From positions 2,294,001-2,358,000 of the forward strand of contig OZ024741.1 of NCBI GenBank assembly GCA_964016885.1: a DNA stretch of 64,000 bases, written 5' to 3'. The notes beneath the pieces are model-generated. The model was not told where the DNA came from. It worked only from the letters and a program-made list of their open reading frames with translations, and did no database searches. Positions 1-13,713 of the stretch are shown here, piece after piece (position 1 is the first letter of the stretch; each line of letters starts with the position of its first letter). Origin of the DNA: Eledone cirrhosa. Lineage: Eukaryota. A program made the position numbers and the translations under genes.

Positions 1-91
1 TATATTCAAATACATATATATGTGTATATATATACATATATATATATATACGTATACACACACACACATACACACATACACACATACACAG

Positions 92-132
<41 letters not shown>

Positions 133-232
133 CATATATATATACATATATATATTATACAGGAAACTGGGGGAAATCGAAAAAAATTAAATAAGTTAAA
201 TTCAAAACAAAATTATTTAAAATTAAAAATCT

Positions 233-320
<88 letters not shown>

Positions 321-347
321 ACCCCGTTCCAATTCAATATTATTATT

Positions 348-445
348 GTTAACTTTGCCTTTCATCCTTACGGGGTCGGTAAAATAAAGTACCAGTAATA
401 CACTGGGTAATTGCTGGCCTTGTGACTAACGTAGAAACAATTATT
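348..445 (+). mobile_element. 5'-truncated tRNA-derived SINE (Meta-domain-like core)
   Basis: GTTAACTTTGCCTTTCATCCTTACGGGGTCGGTAAAATAAAGTACCAG...GCTGGCCTTGTG...AGAAACAATTATT matches the full copy at 21832-22020. Confidence 0.85.
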
Positions 446-470
446 ATTATATAAAGAAATAATAATAATA

Positions 471-512
<42 letters not shown>

Positions 513-1119
513 TGAGAGAGAGAGAGGGAGAGAGGTACACACACATAGTATAGTAGTGTCGTTAGAGACATGCGATATTATTCCAGTTCTCTGCCCCTTG
601 AGTTCGAATCACAACAACAACCCTACCTTTATCTCCTTTCGCGGATACTTATATAATCATCACCGAGTCCCATCTTTTCCCTCCTCCCCCTCTATCTGTC
701 CCTTGATTGTTGGTTAACCAGCGCCCTTCTTTCTGGTCATCTATAACTCCATTCACTACAAAAATGTTATACTTAATGGATGTCTCATCTAAGTTAGACT
801 AACGAATGTTATAAGGCAGAAGCCATTTCTATCCTCTACTGATATATATCGAGATTGCTGATGTTAGATTTCGATTCTTTGCCGATGCAAAATCACTTTA
901 ATTAACTTCTTTAATTATTCTACTAAAGACCTTCACGAAAGTGCAGCAAAATTATATTGTTTCCATCCTTTAAGGATTTATTAAACAGTAGAGGGCAGAT
1001 TAACATGTTATACTGCGTTTTAACTGACCTGTCTATCTCAAACTCTAGCTAGCTATCTAGATTTATGTAACATCAGCATCTTAATGTTATAGATGGATAG
1101 ATATCATAGATAGATAGAG

Positions 1120-1180
<61 letters not shown>

Positions 1181-1274
1181 TTACAAATAATATATATATG
1201 TGTGTGTGTGTGTTTTGGGTGTGTGTGTGTATGTAAGCATATAATGTATATGTATATAACGTATATATATTAAC

Positions 1275-1331
<57 letters not shown>

Positions 1332-1985
1332 GAGAGAGGGAGAGCGAGAGGGGGATTTTGAGTCTATTAGAGGAAGAGTGGAACAGAAAATGGCGAAAGA
1401 ATAAAAGAATTTCCTATTAATGCATTTAATTCTCTTCCCCTGGTTTTGGTCAGATCAGTCGCCATGTTGGGAGTGACGTCCACTACAACTGTTAGCCATG
1501 CTAGGACAATGTAGTAGACTGGTCATCACTGACCGTTCATACATTTATTAATTATTCACCTTCCTCCAATGGATGATATTTTGCCTGGTCTTCTTATTAA
1601 TCTTCATTATCTTATATTCATATCCTTACCATTATTATTATCATCTCAATATAAATGTTTATATTTATTGTTAATTATCATTTAGTTGTTACTGTTGTTG
1701 ATGTTCTTGCTGTTACTCTTCTAGCTTTTATAAGTGTAAAGTCTCTACGGCTAAATCTCCCTATCTATATCTCCCTATCTATATCTCCATATCTATATCT
1801 CCCTATCTATATCTTCATATCTATCAATACTGTATATATGTTTTAATACAACACTGTGAGGTAAGAGGGTACTGAATATGAAATGTTGTCTTAGATATAT
1901 TCTGTGTATGATGTATGTATAATATATTTATATAGTATATGTATGTGGCTGGGTGCACAAATGTACTTTAGCAATATTACTTTAG

Positions 1986-2062
<77 letters not shown>

Positions 2063-2178
2063 TTATGGTTATTGTGTTCAACACATAAATGTTGTTACAT
2101 CATATATATATAAATATATATATATATTCACACATACACACGTAAACAAAACTTAACCAGTCTATTCAACTTCGATAA

Positions 2179-2210
<32 letters not shown>

Positions 2211-2400
2211 GGAACCAGTAAGACCCCGACAGCTGAGCTCAAGCCGTTTCGACGGCTAATTCTGGGTCCAGAATTAGCCGTCGAAACGGCTTGAGCTCAG
2301 CTGTCGGGGTCTTACTGGTTCCTATTACCCACTCTACTACCTCAAGTATTGAGTACTTTGGTGCGTTATGGTCCACCTGGTTCCTTACCACATTTCCTTC
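2211..2400 (+). mobile_element. Short palindromic PLE-pLTR element, family A
   Basis: Inverted arms of about 55 bp centred near 2266, an 80-nt tail, and (TA)n on both flanks. Contains a hammerhead 3' half, GAAA-CGGC..GCTG-TC-GGGGTC (2283-2311), and TTGAGTACTT (2349-2358). Confidence 0.85.
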
Positions 2401-2532
2401 ATTATATATATATATATATTAAGATAAGCAGAACAAGCAAAATTTATCCAATTTTTTAAAATAAATTAAAAAATAATCATAGGCAACCTATATATTTCCA
2501 GGAGTACTTAGTACCCGTGGGCATATTAACTT

Positions 2533-2569
<37 letters not shown>

Positions 2570-2684
2570 AAGAAGAAATTAAAAGATGGTTAAAAGAGTT
2601 CCATATATTTTATTATGCGCATTTCGAATACATAAATATACATACATATCAAATATATAAGAACCGTAGAGCAAATATTTTGTT

Positions 2685-2735
2685 AGTTTCAGAAGATCCT
2701 GTTAAGGGTGAAAGCAGCGATTCTTTGCTTAAACT
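2685..2735 (+). ncRNA. Type I hammerhead ribozyme, U4A core variant
   Basis: AGTTT-CAGAAGA-stem II-GAAA-GCA..TGC-TT-AAACT. Stem I pairs AGTTT/AAACT and stem III pairs AGCA/TGCT. Confidence 0.65.
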
Positions 2736-2751
2736 TTAATCTGTTATTTTA

Positions 2752-2806
<55 letters not shown>

Positions 2807-3156
2807 ATTCAATTTTATCATACATTTACAATCACACTCTGATATATAGATATATATATGTATGCATGTTTTTAACATATTGTGTGTGTGTGTGTGTCTA
2901 ATGAGAAGAAGAAATGTATTTTCATAATAAAGTAATTAGAATGTGTTATTAACAACGTTATTGAAATTTGATGGTTTCTATAAGAAACTCTAAAAGATCT
3001 TAGAAACTTTCTTTGCCCCTTATCTGCCATTGCTTTTACAATTAAAAATTAAAGAATGATCGATATTCGATATTGTTATGTCAATCAACGTAAAATTTAA
3101 ATCATTAATCATTATTATCATTATTATTATTATTATTATTATTGTTGTTGTTATTC

Positions 3157-3281
3157 CTTGAATCTCAGTCATTGATGTTGGTTAACTGGAAAGTCCGTTG
3201 GATTGAATATCAAGCCACTACCTGCAGCCTCAGATATTCAGGACGTATCGGAGGGTTCTTGCTGTTCCAAGCAAGCATGCC

Positions 3282-3282
<1 letters not shown>
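3157..3282 (-). mobile_element. 3' end of an R4/Dong-like non-LTR retrotransposon in (TAA)n
   Basis: Minus strand reads KACLLGTARTLRYVLNI*, homologous to KIVLMGTAHILRKILSI* of the neighbouring element. Flanked by (TTA)n on both sides. Confidence 0.75.
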
Positions 3283-3356
<74 letters not shown>

Positions 3357-4358
3357 GTTGCATTTATCTTGCTTTATGTTCATACGAGTTATCACCAAGT
3401 CACAACCAGTGACCTCAAGAGACAACAAGGTCCGCCATGTTCAAGAAAGAACATACATATTCACACATGCATCTTTAGTGTTTAGACTTGTGACGTACTT
3501 ATATTGACAGAATCTTCCTTAGTATATGGGCAGTTCCCATTAGTACTATCTTTTGTATTTCTCCTATACGCGGGTTTCCTGGGATTTGCGATATGTAATC
3601 ATTAGACCCCTTAGATATCATTCCCAGAGCGCCTACAACCACTGGTATTGTTTTAGTTCTCAATTTCCACATTTTTCCAATTTCTATCTCCAGGTCCTTA
3701 TACTTGCTCAATTTTTCAAATGTTTTTATAGATACATTCTTGTCTATTGGAACAGACATATCAATTAGCAGGCATACCCTCTTTTGAAAGTCCTTCAATA
3801 TTATATCAGGTCTATTTGCATCTATTTTTCGGTCTGTTTGGATGCTAAAGTTCCACAAGATTGCGATGTGATCTTTTTCAAGTATGGGAGGTGGTTGATG
3901 CTCCCACCAATTCTTTTGATGGGGCAGGTCAAAATGCTTACACATTATCCAATGTATGTATTGTGCAGCTCTGTCATGCCTGTTTAGGTATTCGGTTGGA
4001 GCTATAGGACTGCACATTGAAATTATATGGTCAATGGTCTCTGGTTGTTTTTTGCATACACGGCATAATGGGCTGCACCCATTTTTTATTATGTTGGCTT
4101 GGTAATTTTTGTTGGCAGACACTGATCTTGTGCTGATATAATCAGTCCTTCAGTCTCCGATTTCTGTCCAGAGGATGCCAACCACTGATGGGTTAAAGTT
4201 TTGTCAACATCAGGATTGTTAGCTCGCTCTGGGTATTTTCCATACAGAGGCTTTTCTTGCCATTTCTTAGCCAGTTTCTGTAGCAGTTCTTTCTTTGCAG
4301 TTACTTTTACCTGCTTTGCTTTTTCTGTGTTTTCCATTTCAGCAGTAAATGGGACTTC
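3357..4358 (-). pseudogene. 5'-truncated R4/Dong-like non-LTR element (CCHC knuckle plus restriction-like endonuclease)
   Basis: ORF pieces 4089-4337 and 3499-4122 are joined by a frameshift near 4110. Motifs: ETEGLIISAQDQ, CRVC..ETIDHIISMC, RHD, RPDI..LIDMSVP, K..KYKDL, IPVVVGALG. Embedded in (TAA)n. Confidence 0.9.
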
Positions 4359-4416
<58 letters not shown>

Positions 4417-5076
4417 AAGAATAAGATTATTAATATTATTGTTGTTGTTATTTTGATACCATTTTGCCGGAATATTCATGGTACAGTTTTGCAATAGATA
4501 TTTGCAGTAGATATTTGCAGTAGATATTTGCAGTATGTATTTATGGGAGTTCTGTTGCCGTTGTAGTTCTTCTAACTGTATTTGTTATTATGTAACTGGC
4601 TGGTCATTTGGTCAGCCAGCTGGAGAAAGATCTATATTTTGGGGTCTGGTCAGCTGGAGAAAGATCTATATTTTGGGGCATATTTCCCTGTTATATGCTA
4701 TCAATCATCTTTTATAGGAACAGGTGTGAATAAACATGATTTATTTTTTTTATATGATAAACATTATTATGAATATGTCGACATATGGTGAAGGTGTTTT
4801 GTGAAGAAGTGAACCAGTGATTGTAAGGCGAGCAATATTTTGAGGGACATATTTGTTCTTTTTTTCTAGTATATTATACATTTCAAACTTAACATTCTAT
4901 GGAGTATAGACATGAGATTTTGTGAGGTAAGGTGATGGAGATGGAATAAGAATGGTTTTGTATCACTGATGAAAAAGGAAATATGGATATGTGAACAGAG
5001 TTAGGATTATGTAAGACTTTCAAGATTCATAGCTGGGCTTTCAAAATGTTTATTTATTAAACATACCGTATATCTT

Positions 5077-5136
<60 letters not shown>

Positions 5137-5341
5137 CGCGCGCGTGTGTGTGTGTGCGTGTGTGTGTGTGTGTGTACATCTATGTTATAACTAAAGTTTA
5201 GTGATCATACATCGTATTGTAAATATATAATTAAAATTGTCGCAAGAGAAATTTCAGTACAAAGAGATGTCGTCTGCTTCTGAAATATAATTTTTTAAAT
5301 CTTTTCTCTATTAAAGGAATTCTTTCCTGAAAGTTTTACAG

Positions 5342-5519
5342 GTTGAAAGATATTCCCCATCGAGAAATAACTTCATAGAAAGGAAGAGTATCTCACTCCA
5401 GGAATGTATGATGGTCAAAACACAGCATTGGAACAGGAAAACATATCTTGGAAACATAAAAGCAAATGAGAGAAGTAAAGGTGTTTTGTGTGAGAAAAGG
5501 GAGAGCAGAAGTGAGAGTG
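5342..5519 (+). other. Candidate host exon (unverified)
   Basis: ttttacAG acceptor and G|gtaagg donor bound a 178-nt stop-free frame (VERYSPSRNNF...RSES). No recognisable domain. Confidence 0.2.
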
Positions 5520-5764
5520 GTAAGGGATTTACCTATGTTAATGACACACAAATGGGGCTGTCACAGGTATTATTCAACAGGTAATCACATTGTAACTGGT
5601 GCCTTTCATCACAAACACATATGAATAACACACACACATATATATGCATATATTAGTGTACACATATATATATGTATATATGTATATATATATGTATACT
5701 TGTATATACATATATGCCTATATATATGTACACTAATACATACATATATATATATATATGTACA

Positions 5765-5817
<53 letters not shown>

Positions 5818-5819
<2 letters not shown>

Positions 5820-6006
5820 CTTTAGGTTTGTTGGTTCACCACTGGATAGAACTGGTCAATCCTGGTGTAATATTGTGAAGAGTACTCAACGCAGTGCAGT
5901 TCATCCATCTTCGTTTGTGTGGTTGGTGGTGCGAATACGGAGTTAATTATAAATGAAATAAAATAACAGGAGGTTGGACTGGTCCAGCCTCCTGTTATTT
6001 TATTTC

Positions 6007-6010
<4 letters not shown>
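5818..6010 (-). mobile_element. Short palindromic (TA)n-inserted element with tail motif
   Basis: Hairpin ATAAATGAAATAAAATAACAGGAGG / CCTCCTGTTATTTTATTTCATTTAT (~5949-6012). TTGAGTACTC on the minus strand at 5880-5889. (TA)n flanks. Confidence 0.65.
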
Positions 6011-6071
<61 letters not shown>

Positions 6072-6131
6072 AGTATATATATATATACATATATATATAA
6101 ATGTATATATAAGTATACATATATATATATA

Positions 6132-6191
<60 letters not shown>

Positions 6192-6199
6192 TATAGAGT

Positions 6200-6390
6200 A
6201 ATAATTGTTTCTACTTTAGTCACAAGGCCAGCAATTACCCAGTGTATTACTGGTACTTTATTTTATCGACCCCGTAAGGATGAAAGGCAAAGTTAACCTC
6301 GGCGGGATTTGAACTCAGATCGTAAAGGCCCGTAACTCCATGCTGCAAACCATGGCGTCCGACCCTCTAATGATAGTGCCAATCCACAGT
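6200..6390 (-). mobile_element. tRNA-derived SINE, near full length
   Basis: Reverse complement of the 21832-22020 family, with B-box GAGTTCAAATCC and an A-box-like TGGCACTATCA. Confidence 0.88.
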
Positions 6391-6515
6391 AATAATAATA
6401 ATAAATGTGAAGACTAAATTCCAAAGAGGGCTCGATAAGGATAAATATATATCAAATATATATGAACCGTAGAGCAAATATATATATATATATGTATATA
6501 TATATAATTATATAC

Positions 6516-6563
<48 letters not shown>

Positions 6564-7051
6564 TTGTGTGTGTCTGTGTGTGTATATGTATACTTACATA
6601 TATATGTGTTTGAGTGTGTGTGTGTGTGTGTATATATGTATACTTACATATATATGTGTGTGTGTGTGTGTGTTTGTGTGTATATATGTATATATATAAG
6701 CAACACAGGAATTAACAATATATATACACTCACACATACAATTTGTCAAACTCATTTATCAAAATTCAACATTATTTCAGGCAATAATCATCTTAAAATT
6801 CAATTGGGAGAACGAAAAATATAGAAACTTATTGATTTTCAGTTGGCAGGATTGATTAAGCACATGACTAATTTTAATTTTATTTTTTTTATTTGTGAAG
6901 CACATGAGTGGCATTTTTTGAAGAATTAGTATTTAGTAGTTCATTACATCAATACTAGTAGATTAGTTATACAGGTCTGTATGGACACAGAATAGAAATG
7001 AAATTAATGAATTTATGCACACAAACACACACACACACACACACATGTGTC

Positions 7052-7084
<33 letters not shown>

Positions 7085-7091
7085 ATGTATG

Positions 7092-7183
<92 letters not shown>

Positions 7184-7189
7184 ATAGAT

Positions 7190-8476
7190 ATGTTTCTTTT
7201 ATTTGCCACAAGGGCATCAAAAGTGGGACAAGTACAATGGGGGGAGTTTACAAAACAAGGCGTCCTCAATAGGGAGGAGGCAATAACAATATATAAAAAT
7301 AAAATAAAATATAACAAAAAATAGAATTATAACAAAATCCTCAATAGAGGATTTTGTTATAAAATATAACAAAAAATAAAATTTATAACAAAATCCTCAA
7401 TAGAGAGGAGGCGCCTTGGGGGGTTGCACACACCCCCGAAAAAAGTGTGCAACCATTTTCCTCAGGAGCACAGAGAGGGGGGTGCTCCCTCGTTCCTTCC
7501 TCTTTTCCACCTACAGGCTTATGTAAAGAGAAGGCCCATTCACACGGGCCATTCTCGCCACTTTCACCCACCTTTCATAAAAACGACTGGGGTGCAGCAC
7601 CTCTCTCTCCATCCTGATCCTTCTTCCGAAATGATATCGGAAGAAACGGACCAGTTGTTGGCCAGAGAGAAAGGTGCCTGACCTCAGTCCTATCAGACGC
7701 GTCCACCATACAACCTCTTTCGCCATGGCTATTACGCACAGAAACACCGCCTCTGCTTCATCTTTGAAGTGGGGAGGCGGCTTGATCATTACAATAGACT
7801 CGGTGGTCAACCGGATCGGTCCCACCCTTGACAGCAGTTGTTCGACATAGCCCCACAGATCGGCTACGCCCGAGCAGTGTACCAATGCGCGTGCAACGGT
7901 TTCCTCGTCGCACACGCATCTGGGACAGATCTTTTTGGCGGGGTCCCTACCCGGGCGCCCGTGTCTGTAGAGCCTTTCTCAAACGGGTAAAGCCCCTCGG
8001 TAGCACTGCCAGGCCAGGGACTTCTGGAAATTGTCCATAGGTCCCGGGCTGAATGTCCCACCGAACAGGCTGGCCAGTTCGTCCTCCTCCATGTCTAGGG
8101 CTTCTCCGAGGGCGTCGTCGCACCTGCTGCGTACCAGCCCTCTATAGAATGTTGCGGTGGAGTCTCCACTGATAACCGGATCCGCCTGCCAGAGGGGGGT
8201 GAGCGCCTGGGCACACTCAGTGTGCCAGGCGCCCAGTTTTCTCGGTCTTTGCTTGACCCAGGATTGCAGCTCGGTGAGTGAGACGAGTCTGGGAAAGGTT
8301 CGTCTCACAAACGAGGCCCACACCGGTTGTCCGGTGAGGAATACGTAGAGGTGCCGTAGCCTTAATGCGTGTTTACGCATCATTAGCCACGGCATCCCCA
8401 GCCCTCCTTTCGAAGGGTGTTGACAGCAGATGGATCTCCTAACCATAGGAGCCCGCCTCTTCCAAAGGAATTGGAA
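7190..8476 (-). pseudogene. L1/Tx1-clade LINE 3' fragment
   Basis: GC-rich. Reads FLWKRRAPMV..HPSKGGLGMP..ALRLRHL, AWQCYRGALPV*, CPRC..DEETVARALVHC (zf-RVT-like). Contains stops. Both ends abut (GATA)n-like repeats. Confidence 0.85.
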
Positions 8477-8644
8477 ATAGATAGTTAGATAGATAGATAC
8501 ATACATACAGATATATATATATGTATAAATATACGTAAATATATATATATATATGTGTGTATAATATATATGTCCCCTTCTTTTGCGCCCTCGTGGCAAA
8601 AAATAGAAATATATATATAATTATATTCATTAATATGTATATAT

Positions 8645-8676
<32 letters not shown>

Positions 8677-8683
8677 TTACATT

Positions 8684-8772
<89 letters not shown>

Positions 8773-8792
8773 TTATTAAAATAACAGATTAA

Positions 8793-8843
8793 AGTTTAAG
8801 CAAAGAATCGCTGCTTTCACCCTAAACGGGATCTTCTGAAACT
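8793..8843 (-). ncRNA. Hammerhead ribozyme (U4A), inverted copy
   Basis: Reverse complement of 9751-9801. Confidence 0.65.
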
Positions 8844-9085
8844 AACAAACATATATATTCTGGTACATATGCTTTTGGTTATGTGTATACGTGAGATTTG
8901 CGTCTGTGTGAGTATGCGGGTTCGTACGTATGTATGGGGTGTGTATATGTGACTTTGTGTTTTGGTTGACGTTGTCTCCGAACATATGTGTATTTACATG
9001 TAGGTATGTGTGTGTGCTTGTTATATACGCATTTATTTATTTATTTATTTATTTATATACGTTTATTTAATTATATATACACACG

Positions 9086-9116
<31 letters not shown>

Positions 9117-9750
9117 TTAAATATATATTTTTATGTGTATTTGGTTATTTGGCGTATACTTTCGTATGCGTGCGGGTACAGGCGTTGTGTGGGTTCTGTA
9201 TGTGCGTGCGAGTTTTTTTTTGGGGGGGGGGGGGGTGTACGTGCGTGTATTTGTATACCTATGGTGAGTGTTTTCGCGTATGCTTGTGTATGTACGTATA
9301 TGGATGCATGTATGTATTTATTTAATTTCAATTACCTCTGTATTTTATTTACTTTATTCTTAACTCTGAAGACGAGAATCATTCGGTTTCCTAGTTAGAA
9401 TTTTAGTCTTCGACTTCAGTTATACTATTTACGTGGTTTTGTCTTTGCGTTCAATTGTTCTCCAGGCTCCACATATGACGTATTATCTTCGTTTTTCCGT
9501 TCATTGCCAGAGAACGTCTCTATGAACCACCTAAGAGAACATTAGTCTACGACCTCTTTTATACCATAAACGTTGTTTTGTCTTTGCGCGTAATTATTTT
9601 TCACCGCTCCTATTAATGGCGTATTATCTTCGTTTCTTTTCGTTCTTTGCCAGGGAACGTTTCCACAAACCAAAGTATCGTCTTCCTGTCTTCGTTTGGT
9701 TGCAACGTTTTTTGAAATATTCAATTCTGCGTTCACAGATTGACTTTGTT

Positions 9751-9801
9751 AGTTTCAGAAGATCCCGTTTAGGGTGAAAGCAGCGATTCTTTGCTTAAAC
9801 T
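9751..9801 (+). ncRNA. Type I hammerhead ribozyme, U4A core variant
   Basis: AGTTT-CAGAAGA-TCCCgtttaGGGT-GAAA-GCAgcgattcttTGC-TT-AAACT. Confidence 0.68.
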
Positions 9802-9954
9802 TTAATCTGTTATTTTAATAAATATTTGCTCTACGGTTCTTATATATTTGATACATATTTATCCTTATCGAGCCCTCTTTGGATTTTAGTCTTCAAATTT
9901 ATTATTATTACTATATATATATATATAGATATATAGATATATATAAATGTTTAC

Positions 9955-9991
<37 letters not shown>

Positions 9992-10038
9992 TTAAAACAA
10001 TGAAATAAAAAATTAAGTCATTAGAAATATACTTCACT

Positions 10039-10170
10039 GCTTTACGATCGTTTCTAGGTGATGATAATACATCGTAACTATACTTCGTTATCGATCTATG
10101 TAAGGTTAGTTACAAAATATCAGATAGGGAGAATATTTACTTACATGCATATCACCAGCTGTTGTCAACT
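10039..10170 (-). ncRNA. Hammerhead-like motif with U3-A8 core and long stem II
   Basis: TTGACAA-CAGC-TGGTGAT...ATCACCTA-GAAA-CGATCG-TA parallels CTGAAGA-CAGC...CCTA-GAAA-CGATCG-TA at 24834-24961. Stem I pairs poorly. Confidence 0.45.
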
Positions 10171-10198
10171 AGACCCCACCCACAACTTACCGTGGATA

Positions 10199-10299
<101 letters not shown>

Positions 10300-10351
10300 G
10301 AATACATACATATATAAATATTTACAATTAAACATATATATATGTATATGT

Positions 10352-10677
10352 CCAGCTAACCTCAGTCTCCTCTGTGTCACTTTTGAGCTGACTTTTGGGA
10401 TGCCCCCATACAGCTCTGAGTTTTTCATCCTCAGTGTATACTGATTAATGTTAAGAGCCATCCTCAGCATTCTCGTGTAGCACCCATCCACCATCATTTG
10501 GGAGCCCTTACATGGACACACTAGAAGAGGAAGACCAAGGTTAACGTATGTTGATGCCCAAATGACAGACACTGGTCTGGTGGAGACGCAGGACATGGCA
10601 GCGATAATGAGGGACAGAGACCGCTGGAGAGAACTCGTCCATGGATCTCGGGAATTTTACCCGCCTTAGATAGATAG
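10352..10677 (+). mobile_element. RTE-clade LINE 3' end with 5' inversion
   Basis: Plus strand from ~10490 reads [29 protein letters not shown] with a (TAGA)n tail. Minus strand 10490-10347 reads [25 protein letters not shown]. Possible TSD ATATGTATATGT at 10340 and 10678. Confidence 0.85.
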
Positions 10678-10689
10678 ATATGTATATGT

Positions 10690-10941
10690 GAAGGCGCATG
10701 GCTTAGGGGTTAGAGCATTGGGCTTGCAATCGAAAGGTTGTGAGTTCAATTCTCGGACCGGGTGATGTGTTGTTTCCTTGAGCAAGACACTTTATTTCAC
10801 GTTGCTCCAGTTTATTCAGCTGTAGAAATTAGTACCAGCCTGCCCGCCCAGCCAGTGGGATGGCGTTATCTTATGGCTAAAACAGCACGACGTGCTGTGA
10901 CCAGCGGCGCCGATTGGAGTCCGACACACTGGTCGGTCAAG

Positions 10942-10945
<4 letters not shown>
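10690..10945 (+). mobile_element. tRNA-derived SINE of a second family (CORE/V-like central domain)
   Basis: A-box TGGCTTAGGGGTTAG, B-box GAGTTCAATTC, central TTGTTTCCTTGAGCAAGACACTTTA. Confidence 0.75.
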
Positions 10946-10994
<49 letters not shown>

Positions 10995-11079
10995 TTATAT
11001 ATTTGTGTGCATATATATATATATATATATATGTACATATATATATGTATGTATAAGTATGTATAATTATATATTATAA

Positions 11080-11167
11080 GCACTCAAAGTACTCAATACT
11101 TAGGGTAGTAGAGTGGGTAGTATATATATATATAGTTATACATACTTATACATACATATCTATATGT

Positions 11168-11242
<75 letters not shown>

Positions 11243-11367
11243 TATATATATGTATGTATAAGTATGTATAATTATATATATATATATATATATACTACCC
11301 ACTCTACTACTCTAAGTATTGAGTACTTTGAGTGCTTATGGTCCATCTGGTTCCTTACCACATTTCC

Positions 11368-11399
<32 letters not shown>

Positions 11400-11638
11400 T
11401 ATAACGTATACATATACATATATATACATATATAAATATATACATTTATATATATATATGTATATACATATATATATACACACATATATATATATACATA
11501 TATATACATATAAATAACGAAGGAAGTGTGGTAAGGAACCAAATGGACCATAACGCACCAGAGTACTCAATACTTAGGGTAGTTGAGTGGGTAATAGGAA
11601 AATGTTTAACCCCGACGGCAGAGCTTAAGCCGTTTCGA
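11080..11638. mobile_element. Fragments of family A pLTR elements
   Basis: Tail fragments in both orientations (11080-11120, 11295-11368). Variant copy at 11518-11638 on the minus strand with GAAACGGC..GCCGTCGGGG. Confidence 0.75.
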
Positions 11639-12269
11639 ATATATATATAAATATACATGAACATATACATATATATATATATGATGCATTAAAGCCGTGT
11701 TTATTGAGTACTAAGAATAGGCCTAGATTTGAAAATCTGTGTATATCGGACCTCACTTTGAAAATCTCAAAGTGAGCAACTCCAGAACCCTAAATACAAT
11801 CAATTGACCGTTGTTTCCTCGGTCCGATATACACACATACATTTATATATATATATAATATATATATACATATACATGTACATATGCATGTATATATATG
11901 TGTGTGTGTGTGTATCTGTATGTGTGTGTAGCATCTCTCTGTACAGCCCTCCCTCTCCCTCACCTCCTATCCTATCAATTGCTGTCATATTTTCCTACTT
12001 ATGTAATAGTTATCCTCCAGCCATCCATTTGATCTGGATGTCTACCGCAATTATAACTCCTCTTATTTTTCTTTATTTCGCTCCTTTTCCACAATTTTCT
12101 GGTGTTTTTATAACATTGGCCGAAGAGCTTTTTTTTTTGTCCTTAGATGGTTGAGTACTCAGGTGACTTGTGTTGTCCAGCCGTGGCTTTTCTGCTGAGA
12201 ACATAATTGACAATCCTCGTCTACCTTCAGTATAACTGTTGTCAATCACGTCTCCTAACGATACCATCG

Positions 12270-12985
12270 TGTAGTATTTACATCGCTCTATTATATACTA
12301 TTGTATTACATCGCTCTATTATATACTATTCTATAGTATTTACATTGCTCTATGATATACTATAGTATTACATTGCTCTATTATATACTATAGTATTACA
12401 TCGCTCTATTATATACTATACTATAGTATATAATATACTATAGTATTTACATTGCTCTATTATATACTATAGTATTACATTGCTCTATTATATACTATAC
12501 TATTACATCGCTCTATTATATACTATACTATAGTATTTACATTGCTCTATTATATACTATACTATTACATCGCTCTATTATATACTATACTATAGTATTA
12601 CATTGCTCTATTATATACTATACTATTACATTGCTCTATTATATACTATACTATTACATCGCTCTATTATATACAATACTATTACATTGCTCTATTATAT
12701 ACTATGTTATACTATTACATTGCTCTATTATATACTATACTATAGTATTTACATCGCTCTATTATATACTATACTATTACATCGCTCTATTGTATACTAT
12801 ACTATACTATTACATCGCTCTATTATATACTATACTATAGTATTTACATCGCTCTATTATATACTATGCTATACTATTACATCATTCTATTATATACTAT
12901 ACTATTACATCGCTCTATTATCTACTATACTATACTATTACATCGCTCTATTGTCTACTATACTATACTATTACATCGCTCTATT
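12270..12985. repeat. AT-rich minisatellite, core TATTACATCGCTCTATTATATACTA with variable TAC/TAG inserts
   Basis: Directly visible tandem units of roughly 25-35 bp. Confidence 0.9.
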
Positions 12986-13614
12986 ATTCCACTATCACTT
13001 GGCTTGCTCACAGTGTGTTTGTCATATATATATTATATCTATTACGACATACACACACACATATATATATATGTGTGTGTGTGTGTGTATGTGTGTGTGT
13101 GTGTATTATATATATATAAACATGTGCGTGTGTCATTTTCTCTCTCCCTTCCCTCTCTTCCTCCTCTCTCCTCTTCTCCCCCTCTCTTTTTCTCCCTCTC
13201 TCTCGTTCTTCTAAGTGAACGCCTTCAAGGCTGTCATTTCGCCCGCATTCTACTGAGCTTACCACACTAATGACCATGTCATCATCATCACAACTGTCAT
13301 CACCACCACCATTAACAACAACAACAACAATACCACGACGACGATGACGACGACGACCACCACCACCACCACTACCACCACCACCACCACCACCACTACA
13401 CCAGCCTTAAGTATTGAGTGCTCTTTCTTTTGTTCGACACCATCATATATAATGGCTCACATCTTTTTCCTCCTGAAAATAAATTACTCTCGTCTATCTT
13501 TCTACTTCAATTTCTCTCTTTTTTATTCTATCTTCCGATGAAGGACTAACATTGGAGATGTCAAGACACCTTTTCTTACTATATTTAACTAATACATATC
13601 AAATTTGTGATCAG

Positions 13615-13713
13615 AGCTGAAGCAGGGACAGACATCACCAAGTTTCAAAGAATACCCCGGAGACATCGTAGGTCACTTCAACGTCCCAGGGACTCCATCA
13701 GGAATTATGTGAG
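13615..13713 (+). other. Candidate host exon (unverified)
   Basis: A 99-nt unique segment between gatcAG and G|gtacgt. One frame is open: AEAGTDITKFQRIPRRHRRSLQRPRDSIRNYV. Confidence 0.25.

Larger units (their letters stand above)
8773..9912 (+). mobile_element. Non-coding PLE-derived element with inverted 5' arm (U4A-hammerhead family)
   Basis: 8773-8849 is the reverse complement of ~9745-9821. The tail carries TCGAGCCCTC (9868-9877). (TA)n flanks. Further fragments at 2645-2757, 6390-6480 and 45518-45548. Confidence 0.75.

Noticed and set aside
9361-9425. TAACT-CTGAAGA...AGTTA hammerhead-like fold
   Set aside because: The GAAA half of the core is absent.
10690-10770. tRNA gene (also other A/B-box hits)
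   Set aside because: No complete cloverleaf. These are SINE heads.
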